Notes under the pieces: model-generated
What the model was told of the DNA's origin: nothing
The model's database searches: none
The model's input: only the letters and a program-made list of their open reading frames with translations
Shown here: positions 5,946-14,005 of the stretch, piece after piece
Position numbering within the stretch: position 1 is the stretch's first letter
Layout of the letters: each line of letters opens with the position of its first letter
UHGV virus genome: UHGV-0075699
Direction: 5' to 3' (one strand)
Source of the DNA: a virus
DNA length: 19,854 nucleotides
Made by a program: the position numbers and the translations under genes

Positions 5946-7006
5946 TATGCTTTTATAATTGCGCCGATCGCCATAGCTCGATCAAGAAAACGGAACAGCA
6001 GCTCCAACTGCGTGCCATTCTTCTCTTCAAAGGCGTTAACATCGGCATGTAGCTCGTCGTGGCACTCTCTGCACAGAGGAAACACGAAGAGATCGTGGGC
6101 TTTGGTTGCGGTACCGCCCATGCCATGGCCGATGACATGATGCGGATCGTCAGCTGGTCTGCGGCAGCATTCGCATGGTTGATGCTTAACCCAGTCGGTA
6201 TAAGTCTTGCTTACCCAGCGACGGCGCTTTGGCCTGAGCATGAAAGATTCCGGCGATTCCGGATCGGCAGTCAGCGCAAGCCCCTTCGGCTGGTCCTGGT
6301 GCGCCTGGACATTTTCGTTGCGCCTGCATTGCCTTGCTGTGCCTGCAGCTGGCAGTTTCTCCTGCAGAATGCTGGTGGCCGGTAAAGTAGGCCGGATATC
6401 GCTTTCTTTATACACCGACAGGAACGGCTCTTCAGGCAACCCTAGACCACGCTGCGCCATCGTCTCCGTAATGGCATCGGCTATACCTGACTGAACTGCC
6501 CACCAGCACAACTCTGCGATTGAAAGAGAGCGTTCTTTGTTATAACCGAGCCCGATCAGCACAGTATCTATTACCCAGTCGACTACATTACGAAGTGCCA
6601 GCGCCTCGATAGCTGGAGTCGACTGCTCCCGCAGTTTATTGTCACAATGCCAGCACACCAGCAACGCACCAGGCGGATGTCGCATCGTTACCATCTCGTT
6701 ATGGTGGTACTCGGAATGAGGGTACTGGCACCTCTTCAGCCGGAGAAACAGCCACCGTTCAAGCGCTGGCAATCCACCAGCAGCACGAATCACACGCTCA
6801 TCGGAAAAGAATACGTGCAGGCTGGAATCCTCCGCTAAAGGTTGTCGGGCATCAGGGACACGACCAGATGGCAAGCGGGCCATATTTTGTGGTTCAGCCT
6901 CGACTAAAACACGCCCGGCAGAAAACAGGTGCATCAGATCACGGCCGGGCTTAAATAGAACCACGCCGAGGCGTGGCACAATCTCAGGGGTGAGTAACGC
7001 TCTCAT
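5945..7006 (-). CDS. Cys/His-rich nin-region protein, DUF968-like with HNH-like metal-binding C-terminus
   Basis: C-terminal region HQPCECCRRPADDPHHVIGHGMGG...FPLCRECHDELH has paired CxxC and His clusters typical of HNH/zinc-binding nucleases; a second Cys cluster (LLVCWHCDNK) lies mid-protein. Start overlaps the MTase stop. Confidence 0.45.
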   Translation of the reverse strand: MRALLTPEIVPRLGVVLFKPGRDLMHLFSAGRVLVEAEPQNMARLPSGRVPDARQPLAEDSSLHVFFSDERVIRAAGGLPALERWLFLRLKRCQYPHSEYHHNEMVTMRHPPGALLVCWHCDNKLREQSTPAIEALALRNVVDWVIDTVLIGLGYNKERSLSIAELCWWAVQSGIADAITETMAQRGLGLPEEPFLSVYKESDIRPTLPATSILQEKLPAAGTARQCRRNENVQAHQDQPKGLALTADPESPESFMLRPKRRRWVSKTYTDWVKHQPCECCRRPADDPHHVIGHGMGGTATKAHDLFVFPLCRECHDELHADVNAFEEKNGTQLELLFRFLDRAMAIGAIIKA

Positions 7007-8853
7007 GCAACCTCACGCCGACCAGAAACACAAATTTCAGGAAGGTTTGCTCTTACAATCGCCTCAGCAAAGGGCGGCGGCACGGCGTTTCCGCACCTGG
7101 CGACTTGTTTCTCTTTCGAGTACCTCTTGCCGCGGTAGTCACGATCAATGATGTACCAGTCAGGGAATCCCTGAGCGCGGTAAAGTTCATGCGGCTGCAG
7201 CATGCGCATTCCGATATCAACAATGCGGTAAACAATACCCTTAATCGTCACCAGTTCGCTGACGCCAAAAGAATTCAGGAACTCTTTGACCTGATCCGCC
7301 CGGCGCTCGTCGTAATCATTAGCCGCCAGCAGCGCGCGAACCTCTCCAACATGCTGACCTCCAGCGGTGATTGTCGGCATTGGTTCACTGGTGCGCTGGC
7401 CATCGCGGCAGGTACCGCGCAGTTTAACCAGATGAGACGTAACCAGCGCATGGTGATCGACTGTGGTAACTGAGTGTGCAGGATCGTCCAGTCCGACGCC
7501 CGGGCCGGTATAGTTCCCGCCGTAGTGTTTCGCCAAAAACGCAGTTGTTACGGCAAATTTATTGCCACCAGCTACAACTGTTCCCAGCGGTTTACGCAGA
7601 TTTAGAACGCGCGGCGACTGCCCTACACGTTCGCCATACCCCATCTGAATAAGTGTGGCCGCGACAAGCTGTGACTTCCCCCCGCCGCCAGCGGTAATTG
7701 TTGCGCTGGGTTCATCCGCCCGGTGGCCGATGCTGGCGCCGAACTGACGCGCGATAACTGGCGCAACCAGGCAGGAGCGAGACTGTTTAAGGATGGTATG
7801 AGCGGGTTTATTCAATGGCCGCGGTTTCGCCTGGTACTCGCTACCCCCATTACCTGCCAGGAATGGAACCAACGTCGGTAACGCCAGCGCATAACCGTGG
7901 GTTTTGGTGATGGTTTGCAGGGGATCGGCCAGCGACTGTCCGCGGAAGCAATCATATTTACCGCGTGTTGTGGTGTGGTTGCATTTGACGATGAACGGAT
8001 TATCACTTTCGACGACAAACCGCTGGATGCCGCGCGCTATCCGTTTCAACGTGTTAATGGCCAGCGGCTTTTTACGGTCAAATATCGATGGTGCAGGAAT
8101 AGACCAGTCGATACACTCAGCAGCTGTCCGCCATGGTGCCAAATTTCCGGATTTAACTGCTGCGGATTTAGGGTCACCGTGAGTGACTCCCGGCCAGGCA
8201 ATGGGTTTATCGTCACAACGCATCAACATGAAGAATCGCTTGCGGATCGTCGGAGCACCATAATCACTGGCACGCAGTTCGCGATATTCGACCTTATACC
8301 CGAGGCCAGCAATCAGTCGTTTGGCTTGTTTGCCATCCGAGGATATGCCGAGAAATTCGCAACATTCGTACAGAGCCGGGTGATCCGCAGGTATACCAGT
8401 GGAAAGCATTCCAACAAATGCCAGGAAGGTTTCACCAGAACGCTTAGGATCAGGACGCATCTCACATGAAAGCAGCGGGCCCCACGTTTTAAATTCTTCA
8501 ACATTTTCGAGAGCCATTACACGAGGGCGAACATCCAATGCCCAGCGAACAGATACCCAAGCCAGGCCACGAATCTCACGTTTTACCGGTTTACTGCCGC
8601 GCGCCTTTGAATAGTGGGTACAATCCGGGCTGAACCATGCAAACCAGACAGCCTTTCCACCTGTCGCAGCGACAGGGTCAACGTCAAAGACGTTTTCACA
8701 ATAATGAAGCGTGTCCGGGTGATTCGTCCGGTGCATGGCCACGGCGTTTTCGTCGTGGTTAATGGCAATATCAACGCTGCGGCCGATCGCCATTTCTATC
8801 CCGGTAGATGCCCCACCACCGCCAGCAAAATTATCAACAATCAGCTCACGCAT
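7003..8853 (-). CDS. DNA (cytosine-5)-methyltransferase with large variable/target-recognition region
   Basis: Motif I DNFAGGGGAS (AdoMet binding), motif IV SPDCTHYS (catalytic Pro-Cys), motif VI ENV, C-terminal CGNAVPPP (motif X). About 400 aa lie between motif VI and the C-terminal motifs. Confidence 0.85.
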   Translation of the reverse strand: MRELIVDNFAGGGGASTGIEMAIGRSVDIAINHDENAVAMHRTNHPDTLHYCENVFDVDPVAATGGKAVWFAWFSPDCTHYSKARGSKPVKREIRGLAWVSVRWALDVRPRVMALENVEEFKTWGPLLSCEMRPDPKRSGETFLAFVGMLSTGIPADHPALYECCEFLGISSDGKQAKRLIAGLGYKVEYRELRASDYGAPTIRKRFFMLMRCDDKPIAWPGVTHGDPKSAAVKSGNLAPWRTAAECIDWSIPAPSIFDRKKPLAINTLKRIARGIQRFVVESDNPFIVKCNHTTTRGKYDCFRGQSLADPLQTITKTHGYALALPTLVPFLAGNGGSEYQAKPRPLNKPAHTILKQSRSCLVAPVIARQFGASIGHRADEPSATITAGGGGKSQLVAATLIQMGYGERVGQSPRVLNLRKPLGTVVAGGNKFAVTTAFLAKHYGGNYTGPGVGLDDPAHSVTTVDHHALVTSHLVKLRGTCRDGQRTSEPMPTITAGGQHVGEVRALLAANDYDERRADQVKEFLNSFGVSELVTIKGIVYRIVDIGMRMLQPHELYRAQGFPDWYIIDRDYRGKRYSKEKQVARCGNAVPPPFAEAIVRANLPEICVSGRREVA

Positions 8854-9742
8854 GGCTCACCCCCTGCATGCTTTCTACCAGTCCACCAGCAACAGTGATG
8901 ATCTCGCTGGTGGGCATACGCTCCAGCCACAGCTGGTTAATTTGCGCCATCAGCTTGTTTTGCTGGGACGGCTCCAGTCCTTCGGATCCTTCTACCTGTC
9001 GAAACACAAGCCCTACCTCCAGTGGCCAAATACGCGATTCCGTCTCTGGTAATTGCGTAGGCGTTGCGAGTGGTTCTACTGCCGCCGGCTGCGACATTAC
9101 CTGTGCTGGAGTATTGCCAACAGCAAACTGCGCCAGCATCATGAACGCTTGCCCTTTCCTTTCCAGATCCGCACGGTGGATATAGCCGAACCGCTCCCCG
9201 CGCCAGGCCTTATCAAACACGGCAATGGCGCCCGCAAAAAACGCGCTGGTGGGCTTTTGCTTATCATCAGCAGGGACAAACCACGCCGGGAGGTCGAATC
9301 CAATACGACCACGAATAAACATGATGTGATCGGCATCTTCTGGCCACCATGTTTCGCTCGGTGCTGCTTTGATGAGAAATACATAGCGCCCGCCCTTCTC
9401 ACGCTGCGCTGACGCGTAATTCATGATGTGCGTCATGCCAGTTATCGCCTGCTTTTCGTGGTACTGGGAGCGGCTATACGGTGGGTTGCCAAAGCCAGCG
9501 CCGCCAAGTTCTTCCAGACGAGCGGACCAATCTTGCGTCAGCGCGTTGTCTTCGGCGGTGAACCATACCGGGCATTTTGCGTTGCTATCGTCAGCAAACA
9601 GGTCCAGTACCAGCGGTCCAAACATTGCGTTAACGCCCCAGAACAGCAGATCAGGCGTGCGCCACTGATCACCAACGTCTTTCAGAAAATGGGACGGTGC
9701 AGCGCGCATGGCCGCCAGCGATTCACAATATGCATTCGTCAC
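8846..9742 (-). CDS. Phage-type DNA N6-adenine methyltransferase
   Basis: Contains GFGNPPYSRSQ (the NPPY motif of N6-adenine / N4-cytosine amino-MTases) with upstream AdoMet-binding-like segment. 8-nt overlap with the downstream C5-MTase gene. Confidence 0.8.
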   Translation of the reverse strand: MTNAYCESLAAMRAAPSHFLKDVGDQWRTPDLLFWGVNAMFGPLVLDLFADDSNAKCPVWFTAEDNALTQDWSARLEELGGAGFGNPPYSRSQYHEKQAITGMTHIMNYASAQREKGGRYVFLIKAAPSETWWPEDADHIMFIRGRIGFDLPAWFVPADDKQKPTSAFFAGAIAVFDKAWRGERFGYIHRADLERKGQAFMMLAQFAVGNTPAQVMSQPAAVEPLATPTQLPETESRIWPLEVGLVFRQVEGSEGLEPSQQNKLMAQINQLWLERMPTSEIITVAGGLVESMQGVSHA

Positions 9743-9996
9743 GCCAGCACCTCCTGCACTACTTTCTCGACATGAGACACTCGGCCTTCCAGATCTGCAA
9801 CACTATCAACCAGCTCATCAACTGCCAGCTGTGCGCGATGTTTGGCCTGCATCAGTTCACGCAACGCCGGTACCAGCGCTTTTTTAAGCGCGTCCTTTGT
9901 GGCCCCCGTCTTTTCCAGTTGTTCGGCACGTTTGAGCATGTCTTCAGCCTGGCGGCGCAGTTGTTCAGGGGTTAGTGATATAACCTGCGATTTCAT
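9739..9996 (-). CDS. Hypothetical small coiled-coil protein (85 aa)
   Basis: ORF whose ATG overlaps the stop of the replication gene (ATGA) and whose stop overlaps the MTase GTG start; predicted helical, charged. Confidence 0.5.
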   Translation of the reverse strand: MKSQVISLTPEQLRRQAEDMLKRAEQLEKTGATKDALKKALVPALRELMQAKHRAQLAVDELVDSVADLEGRVSHVEKVVQEVLA

Positions 9997-10874
9997 GAAC
10001 GGAATCCTTTTGGCACGGTGTAATTGACATCTGAATAGCTGGACTTGAATGCCTGGTCTTCACTTCCGGCTTTAGCCCATTTTCCATCAACACATTTCGG
10101 GCGACCGGCAGCGGCCCACTTGGTTGCAGACTGGAGATATCCAGGGAATTTTGACGGCAGAAAGAGCGTGGTTGGTCGCAGATATTCAGCCATTTTTAGA
10201 TCTTTTCCCCACTTCTCAGCGCTGTAATCGACCACCAGCGCCAGTTCGTCAGGTGTAAATCCTTCGCGCAGCCTCCCCCGGATATGTTCCAGGGAGGTTT
10301 TGCATACCTGAAAACGTGAACCGGTTGTGAGGTTCAGGTGTGAAAGGGCCTGCTTAGCAAGATCGGTAATAACCACTTCCGGGTCGGGTTCCGCAGGAAC
10401 CGGACAAAGGGGTTTAGATCCTACTGATGGATCTGGTTTTGAATTTACTGACGGATCGTGTCCAGTTTCTGGACCCTGAGAACCCTGTTTTTTTGGCTCT
10501 TTCGGACGTTCAGTTTCTGGACGTCCAGATTCCGAAGGTTCAGATTCTGAACGTCCAGATTTTGGACCCTCATAATGTTCATTTGCAGCCTGCCGCAGCT
10601 TAGCCACATTCAAGGTGTAGAGATTGCTGGTGCTGCGCTGACCGAGACGCCGTTCTTTTTTGGTCAGCCAGCCATCTTTAACCAGCTCGCCGATCAAAGT
10701 GATAACGGTACTGCGCCCGGCGCCGAGCTGGCGCGCAATCGTCGCAACGCTTGGGTATGCGATCCCCTCATCACTGGCGTAATCAGCCAGGCGAAGCATG
10801 ATCAGTAATTTATTGCCTTTGATGCCTGCCGCGGCGCAACCATCCCAGACATATGCGGATAATTTAACGCTCAC
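9993..10874 (-). CDS. Replication initiation protein (N-terminal HTH, repeat-containing linker, conserved phage C-terminal domain)
   Basis: N-terminus LLIMLRLADYASDEGIAYPSVATIARQLGAGRSTVITLIGELVKDGWL is a winged-HTH of the phage replisome-organiser type. The central low-complexity repeat linker is encoded by DNA iterons. The C-terminus (LAKQALSHLNLTTGSRFQ...GFTPDELALVVDYSAEKWGKD) resembles the phage conserved C-terminal domain family. Confidence 0.65.
   Translation of the reverse strand: MSVKLSAYVWDGCAAAGIKGNKLLIMLRLADYASDEGIAYPSVATIARQLGAGRSTVITLIGELVKDGWLTKKERRLGQRSTSNLYTLNVAKLRQAANEHYEGPKSGRSESEPSESGRPETERPKEPKKQGSQGPETGHDPSVNSKPDPSVGSKPLCPVPAEPDPEVVITDLAKQALSHLNLTTGSRFQVCKTSLEHIRGRLREGFTPDELALVVDYSAEKWGKDLKMAEYLRPTTLFLPSKFPGYLQSATKWAAAGRPKCVDGKWAKAGSEDQAFKSSYSDVNYTVPKGFRS
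10422..10567. repeat. Iteron array (candidate replication origin) inside the replication gene
   Basis: Four perfect tandem 15-bp units at 10508-10567 (GTTCAGTTTCTGGAC, GTCCAGATTCCGAAG, GTTCAGATTCTGAAC, GTCCAGATTTTGGAC), a fifth copy at 10460-10474 (GTCCAGTTTCTGGAC), and a second repeat pair TACTGATGGATC / TACTGACGGATC at 10422-10433 and 10446-10457. Each unit is internally palindromic. Confidence 0.6.
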
Positions 10875-11050
10875 TTATCAATCCTCTTGAATCGGGCGCG
10901 GAAGATGATCATCGGAGCAGCACACTCCCACTCATATCCCGGGCGGCGGTAAATAACACGCTGGCGGCCAGCGTCGTATCCAGTCACATGCACAACGATG
11001 CCGTGTTGGTCACGATAAAGTAGGTCCATCGGTTGAATATGCTCTTCCAC
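10871..11050 (-). CDS. Hypothetical small protein (59 aa)
   Basis: Manually translated: GTG start at 11050 preceded by GGAGG at 5-nt spacing; stop TGA overlaps the GTG start of the replication gene (GTGA). VEEHIQPMDLLYRDQHGIVVHVTGYDAGRQRVIYRRPGYEWECAAPMIIFRARFKRIDK. Confidence 0.35.
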   Translation of the reverse strand: MEEHIQPMDLLYRDQHGIVVHVTGYDAGRQRVIYRRPGYEWECAAPMIIFRARFKRIDK

Positions 11051-11051
11051 A

Positions 11052-11756
11052 TCAGCCTCCCATCAGTTCAGAGGCATAGCGCTGTGCAATCCACTGGACG
11101 CCGCGGGGGGTTACTCGCGTTTGGGTGTAGGCATGACCAAAATCTGAAGTACCCGTTTTGACGGTAAACAGACCTTCACGCTGGCGCAGGGCATGAGGGA
11201 GCAGATTGCCGGACTGGCGAAACAGCACCTTGTCACGCAGTAGCGTGTCAATCATGGCCTTTTCTGGCATGTTGAGGATCTTCGCCGTCTCACGCAGACT
11301 TTTGGCACCGCCGGACTCTACGTAGTGGTTTACAAACGCTACCTTAGGCGCATCCTGCTGAACCTTATGCGCCAGCTGCGCATTCTGTTCAGCCATATCG
11401 GCAGCGAGTCGCAAGGCTTCAGGTAACGTTTGAGGAATGGCCGATTTGTTCTCAAGCTCCTGCCAGCGATCCACAACCGCCGCGGTAAACTCAGGAGACA
11501 GACGGGCAACCAAAACCAATGAGTCGCGCTTATTGAAGCGGTACTCCTTATACACGTTTCCGTTATGCTCAAAATCGAACTGCGCCAACGGCGCGGTTAA
11601 AAGACCAGCAGCTTTCAGGCGCTCAGCGGAGCGTTTGACATCACCATGTTTACTCTGAACCAGAGCGGCGATTTCCCGACTGCTCATTGTCACTACGCCG
11701 CCGAACACAGGGGAAAATCCAACAGCCGGGGCACGATTAATTGATTGCTGAGTCAT
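11052..11756 (-). CDS. Rha-family phage regulatory protein / antirepressor (KilA-C-like C-terminus)
   Basis: N-terminal segment [27 protein letters not shown]...[23 protein letters not shown] follows the Rha pattern; the C-terminal segment ([27 protein letters not shown]...GLFTVK...[13 protein letters not shown]) resembles antirepressor C-terminal domains. Confidence 0.6.
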   Translation of the reverse strand: MTQQSINRAPAVGFSPVFGGVVTMSSREIAALVQSKHGDVKRSAERLKAAGLLTAPLAQFDFEHNGNVYKEYRFNKRDSLVLVARLSPEFTAAVVDRWQELENKSAIPQTLPEALRLAADMAEQNAQLAHKVQQDAPKVAFVNHYVESGGAKSLRETAKILNMPEKAMIDTLLRDKVLFRQSGNLLPHALRQREGLFTVKTGTSDFGHAYTQTRVTPRGVQWIAQRYASELMGG

Positions 11757-11934
11757 TCGGTTTCACTCCTCTGGATCTATAGTCACCCACAGCCCACTCG
11801 GTAAAACTGTGGTTCACCTCTTCCCAGCCACCGGGTACTCTTACGGCATAGCAATACGTGACCGCGCCTTTGCCACCACGAACCGGCAATGCGCGGAGTT
11901 GCGAACGCGGGATATTTGCGGTTAAATTGCTCAT
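11737..11934 (-). CDS. Hypothetical small protein (65 aa)
   Basis: ATG at 11934 overlaps the TGA stop of the upstream regulator (ATGA coupling). [40 protein letters not shown]...; no motif recognised. Confidence 0.4.
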   Translation of the reverse strand: MSNLTANIPRSQLRALPVRGGKGAVTYCYAVRVPGGWEEVNHSFTEWAVGDYRSRGVKPNDSAIN

Positions 11935-12488
11935 GCGGATTTCTCCATACACATTGATTTATTCGCCACGACGCCCGGAGCTGCACACTCGCGGGCGTCA
12001 CTCTTTTCTGGCTGGCAGAAAATGCGATAAACAAGAATCGAATGCTCCTGAAGTTTTTGAATAGAGCTATACAGCTCTCCATCGATCGCCGCGCGTTCAT
12101 GCGGCTCAATCACACCATCTTCGATCGCTACCCGAATCTGTTGCGAATAGGCTGTAATCTGTTCGATAACCTCAAGCAGTCCCTGATTGATATCTGCGTT
12201 ATCCACTTCTTCAATATCCGCTAGCGGAACAAAGACCCCGCCGGACTGGCGCGCGACCGCATCGGTGATGTGACTTGCGCCACCAGCACGCTGCAGCACC
12301 ATCGCCCACTCAAGCGGGAAGATCTGATCACCAGCGACGCGCAGGCGGTTGAATAAGGCGTTTTCAGTTATACCCAGCCATTCAGCCGCCTCGGCATAAC
12401 CTCCAGGCAGTTCAGTAATCGTTTTCTTGATCGCGGCCACCAACCAGGCTGGTTGACGCTCTACTTTCCAAATTGGCTCATTACCCAC
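11931..12488 (-). CDS. CII-like phage regulatory protein (Phage_CP76 / 186-CII-like family)
   Basis: Segment [55 protein letters not shown]...[18 protein letters not shown] fits the remembered conservation pattern of this family; position directly after cro; GTG start with AGGGGGGG RBS. Confidence 0.55.
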   Translation of the reverse strand: MGNEPIWKVERQPAWLVAAIKKTITELPGGYAEAAEWLGITENALFNRLRVAGDQIFPLEWAMVLQRAGGASHITDAVARQSGGVFVPLADIEEVDNADINQGLLEVIEQITAYSQQIRVAIEDGVIEPHERAAIDGELYSSIQKLQEHSILVYRIFCQPEKSDARECAAPGVVANKSMCMEKSA

Positions 12489-12532
12489 GGTTCCCCCCCT
12501 TTTTCTGTGGTTCTTGCTGTTGCAAGTACCTG

Positions 12533-12733
12533 TTATGTTTTGGAATAGATATCTGGCCTAAGCTGCGATCTGGTGATGGCACCGGAGGTGCTTTTCTCCA
12601 ACTTTTTTGCTAGGTCAAAACCAGCTTTCTTGTAGCCATTGAAAACCAAACGTAGGTAACCGGTAGTGGAGCCAACGTTTGTTGCTAATTTGCTCTGTTG
12701 TTCTTTGGTTAATGAATCCCAAAACTCTTTCAT
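12533..12733 (-). CDS. Cro-like repressor (YdaS-type HTH)
   Basis: 66-aa protein from the ATG at 12733 (MKEFWDSLTKEQQSKLATNVGSTTGYLRLVFNGYKKAGFDLAKKLEKSTSGAITRSQLRPDIY), strong AGGAGG SD 7 nt upstream; divergent from the CI repressor gene across an operator-rich intergenic region. Confidence 0.7.
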   Translation of the reverse strand: MKEFWDSLTKEQQSKLATNVGSTTGYLRLVFNGYKKAGFDLAKKLEKSTSGAITRSQLRPDIYSKT

Positions 12734-12820
12734 ATATGTACCTCCTGTGTACATATTACACGAAAGAAATGAACCTTCAAGGTACTTGTACCTTTACGGT
12801 ACACGCGGTTTAATTTCCCT
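12734..12820. promoter_or_regulatory. OR-like divergent promoter/operator region between cro and cI
   Basis: Palindromes ATATGTAC-N7-GTACATAT (12734-12756) and AAGGTAC-TT-GTACCTT (12779-12794). Candidate pR on minus (-35 TTGAAG 12775-12780, -10 TAATAT 12753-12758) and candidate pRM on plus (-35 TTGTAC 12786-12791, -10 TTTAAT 12809-12814) that would start at or next to the cI ATG (leaderless). Confidence 0.55.
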
Positions 12821-13495
12821 ATGAAAACAATCCAGGAAATCAGGCGTTTAAACGCCAGAAAGTTGAGAGATGGTGTTGGTGGAAATACTTTTTTTGCCAA
12901 TATGATTGATCGCGAGCCTACTCAAACAAGCCGGTTCATGGGGGACGGCGCGACAAAAAACATCGGCGATGCTATGGCAAGGCACATTGAAAAATGTTTC
13001 GACTTGCCAACTGGGTGGTTAGATCAAGAACACCAAACCACAAACGTGGCAAAGGCCCCTGATGTCTCCGATACAAATAGAAATATCACGATGGTTCCGG
13101 TTATATCCTGGGTACAGGCAGGAGCATGGACCGAAGTTGGTTATGCTGAGGTAGATTTGAATAGTACGGAAAACTATCCCTGTCCTGTCCCTTGTGGCCC
13201 GATGACATACATCCTTCGAGTAATTGGCGACTCCATGATCGATGAGTATCGCCCTGGTGATATGATTTTTGTTGACCCTGAGGTCCCCGCAGTCCATGGC
13301 GATGATGTTATCGCTTTGATGCACGACTCTGGAGAAACAACATTTAAGCGCCTGATTGAAGATGCCGGTAACCGTTATTTAAAAGCTCTTAATTCGAACT
13401 GGCCTGAACCCTATATAAAAATCAACGGTAATTGCTCAATCATTGGAACCGTGATTTTTTCAGGAAAACCAAGAAGATATAGAATAAAAAATTAA
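12821..13495 (+). CDS. CI-type prophage repressor (N-terminal HTH, C-terminal LexA-like S24 peptidase domain)
   Basis: C-terminal domain has the Ser-Lys dyad context (VIGDSM ... TFKRL) of S24 autocleaving repressors; N-terminal region is a small DNA-binding domain; divergent from cro; followed by a strong terminator. Confidence 0.85.
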   Translation: MKTIQEIRRLNARKLRDGVGGNTFFANMIDREPTQTSRFMGDGATKNIGDAMARHIEKCFDLPTGWLDQEHQTTNVAKAPDVSDTNRNITMVPVISWVQAGAWTEVGYAEVDLNSTENYPCPVPCGPMTYILRVIGDSMIDEYRPGDMIFVDPEVPAVHGDDVIALMHDSGETTFKRLIEDAGNRYLKALNSNWPEPYIKINGNCSIIGTVIFSGKPRRYRIKN

Positions 13496-13505
13496 TCCTT
13501 CCCTC

Positions 13506-13530
13506 AAAACCTGCTGCGGCAGGTTTTTTT
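13506..13530 (+). terminator. Rho-independent terminator of cI
   Basis: AAAACCTGCTGCGGCAGGTTTTTTT: perfect hairpin (CCTGC-UGC-GCAGG) flanked by an A-run and a 7-T run, 11 nt after the cI stop. Confidence 0.75.
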
Positions 13531-13534
13531 ACGC

Positions 13535-13570
13535 TTGACAATGTACCTATCAGATACATAATGTACCTAA
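13535..13570 (+). promoter_or_regulatory. pL-like early-left promoter with operator repeats
   Basis: TTGACA (13535-13540), 16-bp spacer, CATAAT (13557-13562); two copies of ATGTACCTA (13541-13549 and 13561-13569) overlap the spacer and start region. The same TGTACCT motif occurs in the OR palindromes. Confidence 0.55.
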
Positions 13571-14005
13571 AAGAAACAACATGAAAGCGCATTCCATCTT
13601 CATCCGTCGTGGGGACTGGTTTGTTACTGAAGGAGTGCGCTTCCAGTTGTGGTAATTGCGGCTATGCGCACGTGACGAGCCAAACCCGTTCAATGAATGC
13701 GTTTCCGGGTAGTGTACGTCGCCGGTTATGGCTTAACCCGGCAGGTGGAGGCAAGGGCTTTACCCGGGCGGGTGGAGCCCCCCCCGCCACAACTCGAATT
13801 GCTGTGTGTAGTCTTTGCCCAGTCTCCCCGATGGGCCCTTTTTTTACACAACAGGAAAGAGCACCGCCGGCGCCGGGAACTAACCCAGTCCGGATCCGGG
13901 TTCAAAGTGTGGACCCTCTCTCCTTCAGGCTCTGAACTGGTGCTCTCCCCTGTTGTGTATGGAGAAACTAATGGCGGTGGCAGCCGCCTTTCGAGAGGGT
14001 AAACC

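Noticed and set aside
7105-8469. Several plus-strand ORFs (for example 7105..7473, 7897..8469, 7904..8182)
   Set aside because: All lie antisense within the C5-methyltransferase gene, whose motifs are unambiguous on the minus strand.
9053-9975. Plus-strand ORFs overlapping the adenine methyltransferase and the small coiled-coil gene
   Set aside because: Antisense to genes with clear motifs (NPPY) and coupled start/stop architecture on the minus strand.
10460-10567. Tandem 15-bp repeats considered as a possible CRISPR array
   Set aside because: Units are contiguous with no spacers, only 15 bp long, and lie in-frame inside a coding sequence; they fit origin iterons, not CRISPR.
13609-14002. 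Two overlapping plus-strand ORFs (108 and 101 aa) in the pL leader
   Set aside because: Not called as CDS: Pro/Gly/Arg-rich low-complexity translations in a GC-rich palindrome-dense segment, mutually overlapping in different frames, no clear RBS. Kept as a finding because an N-like protein cannot be fully excluded.
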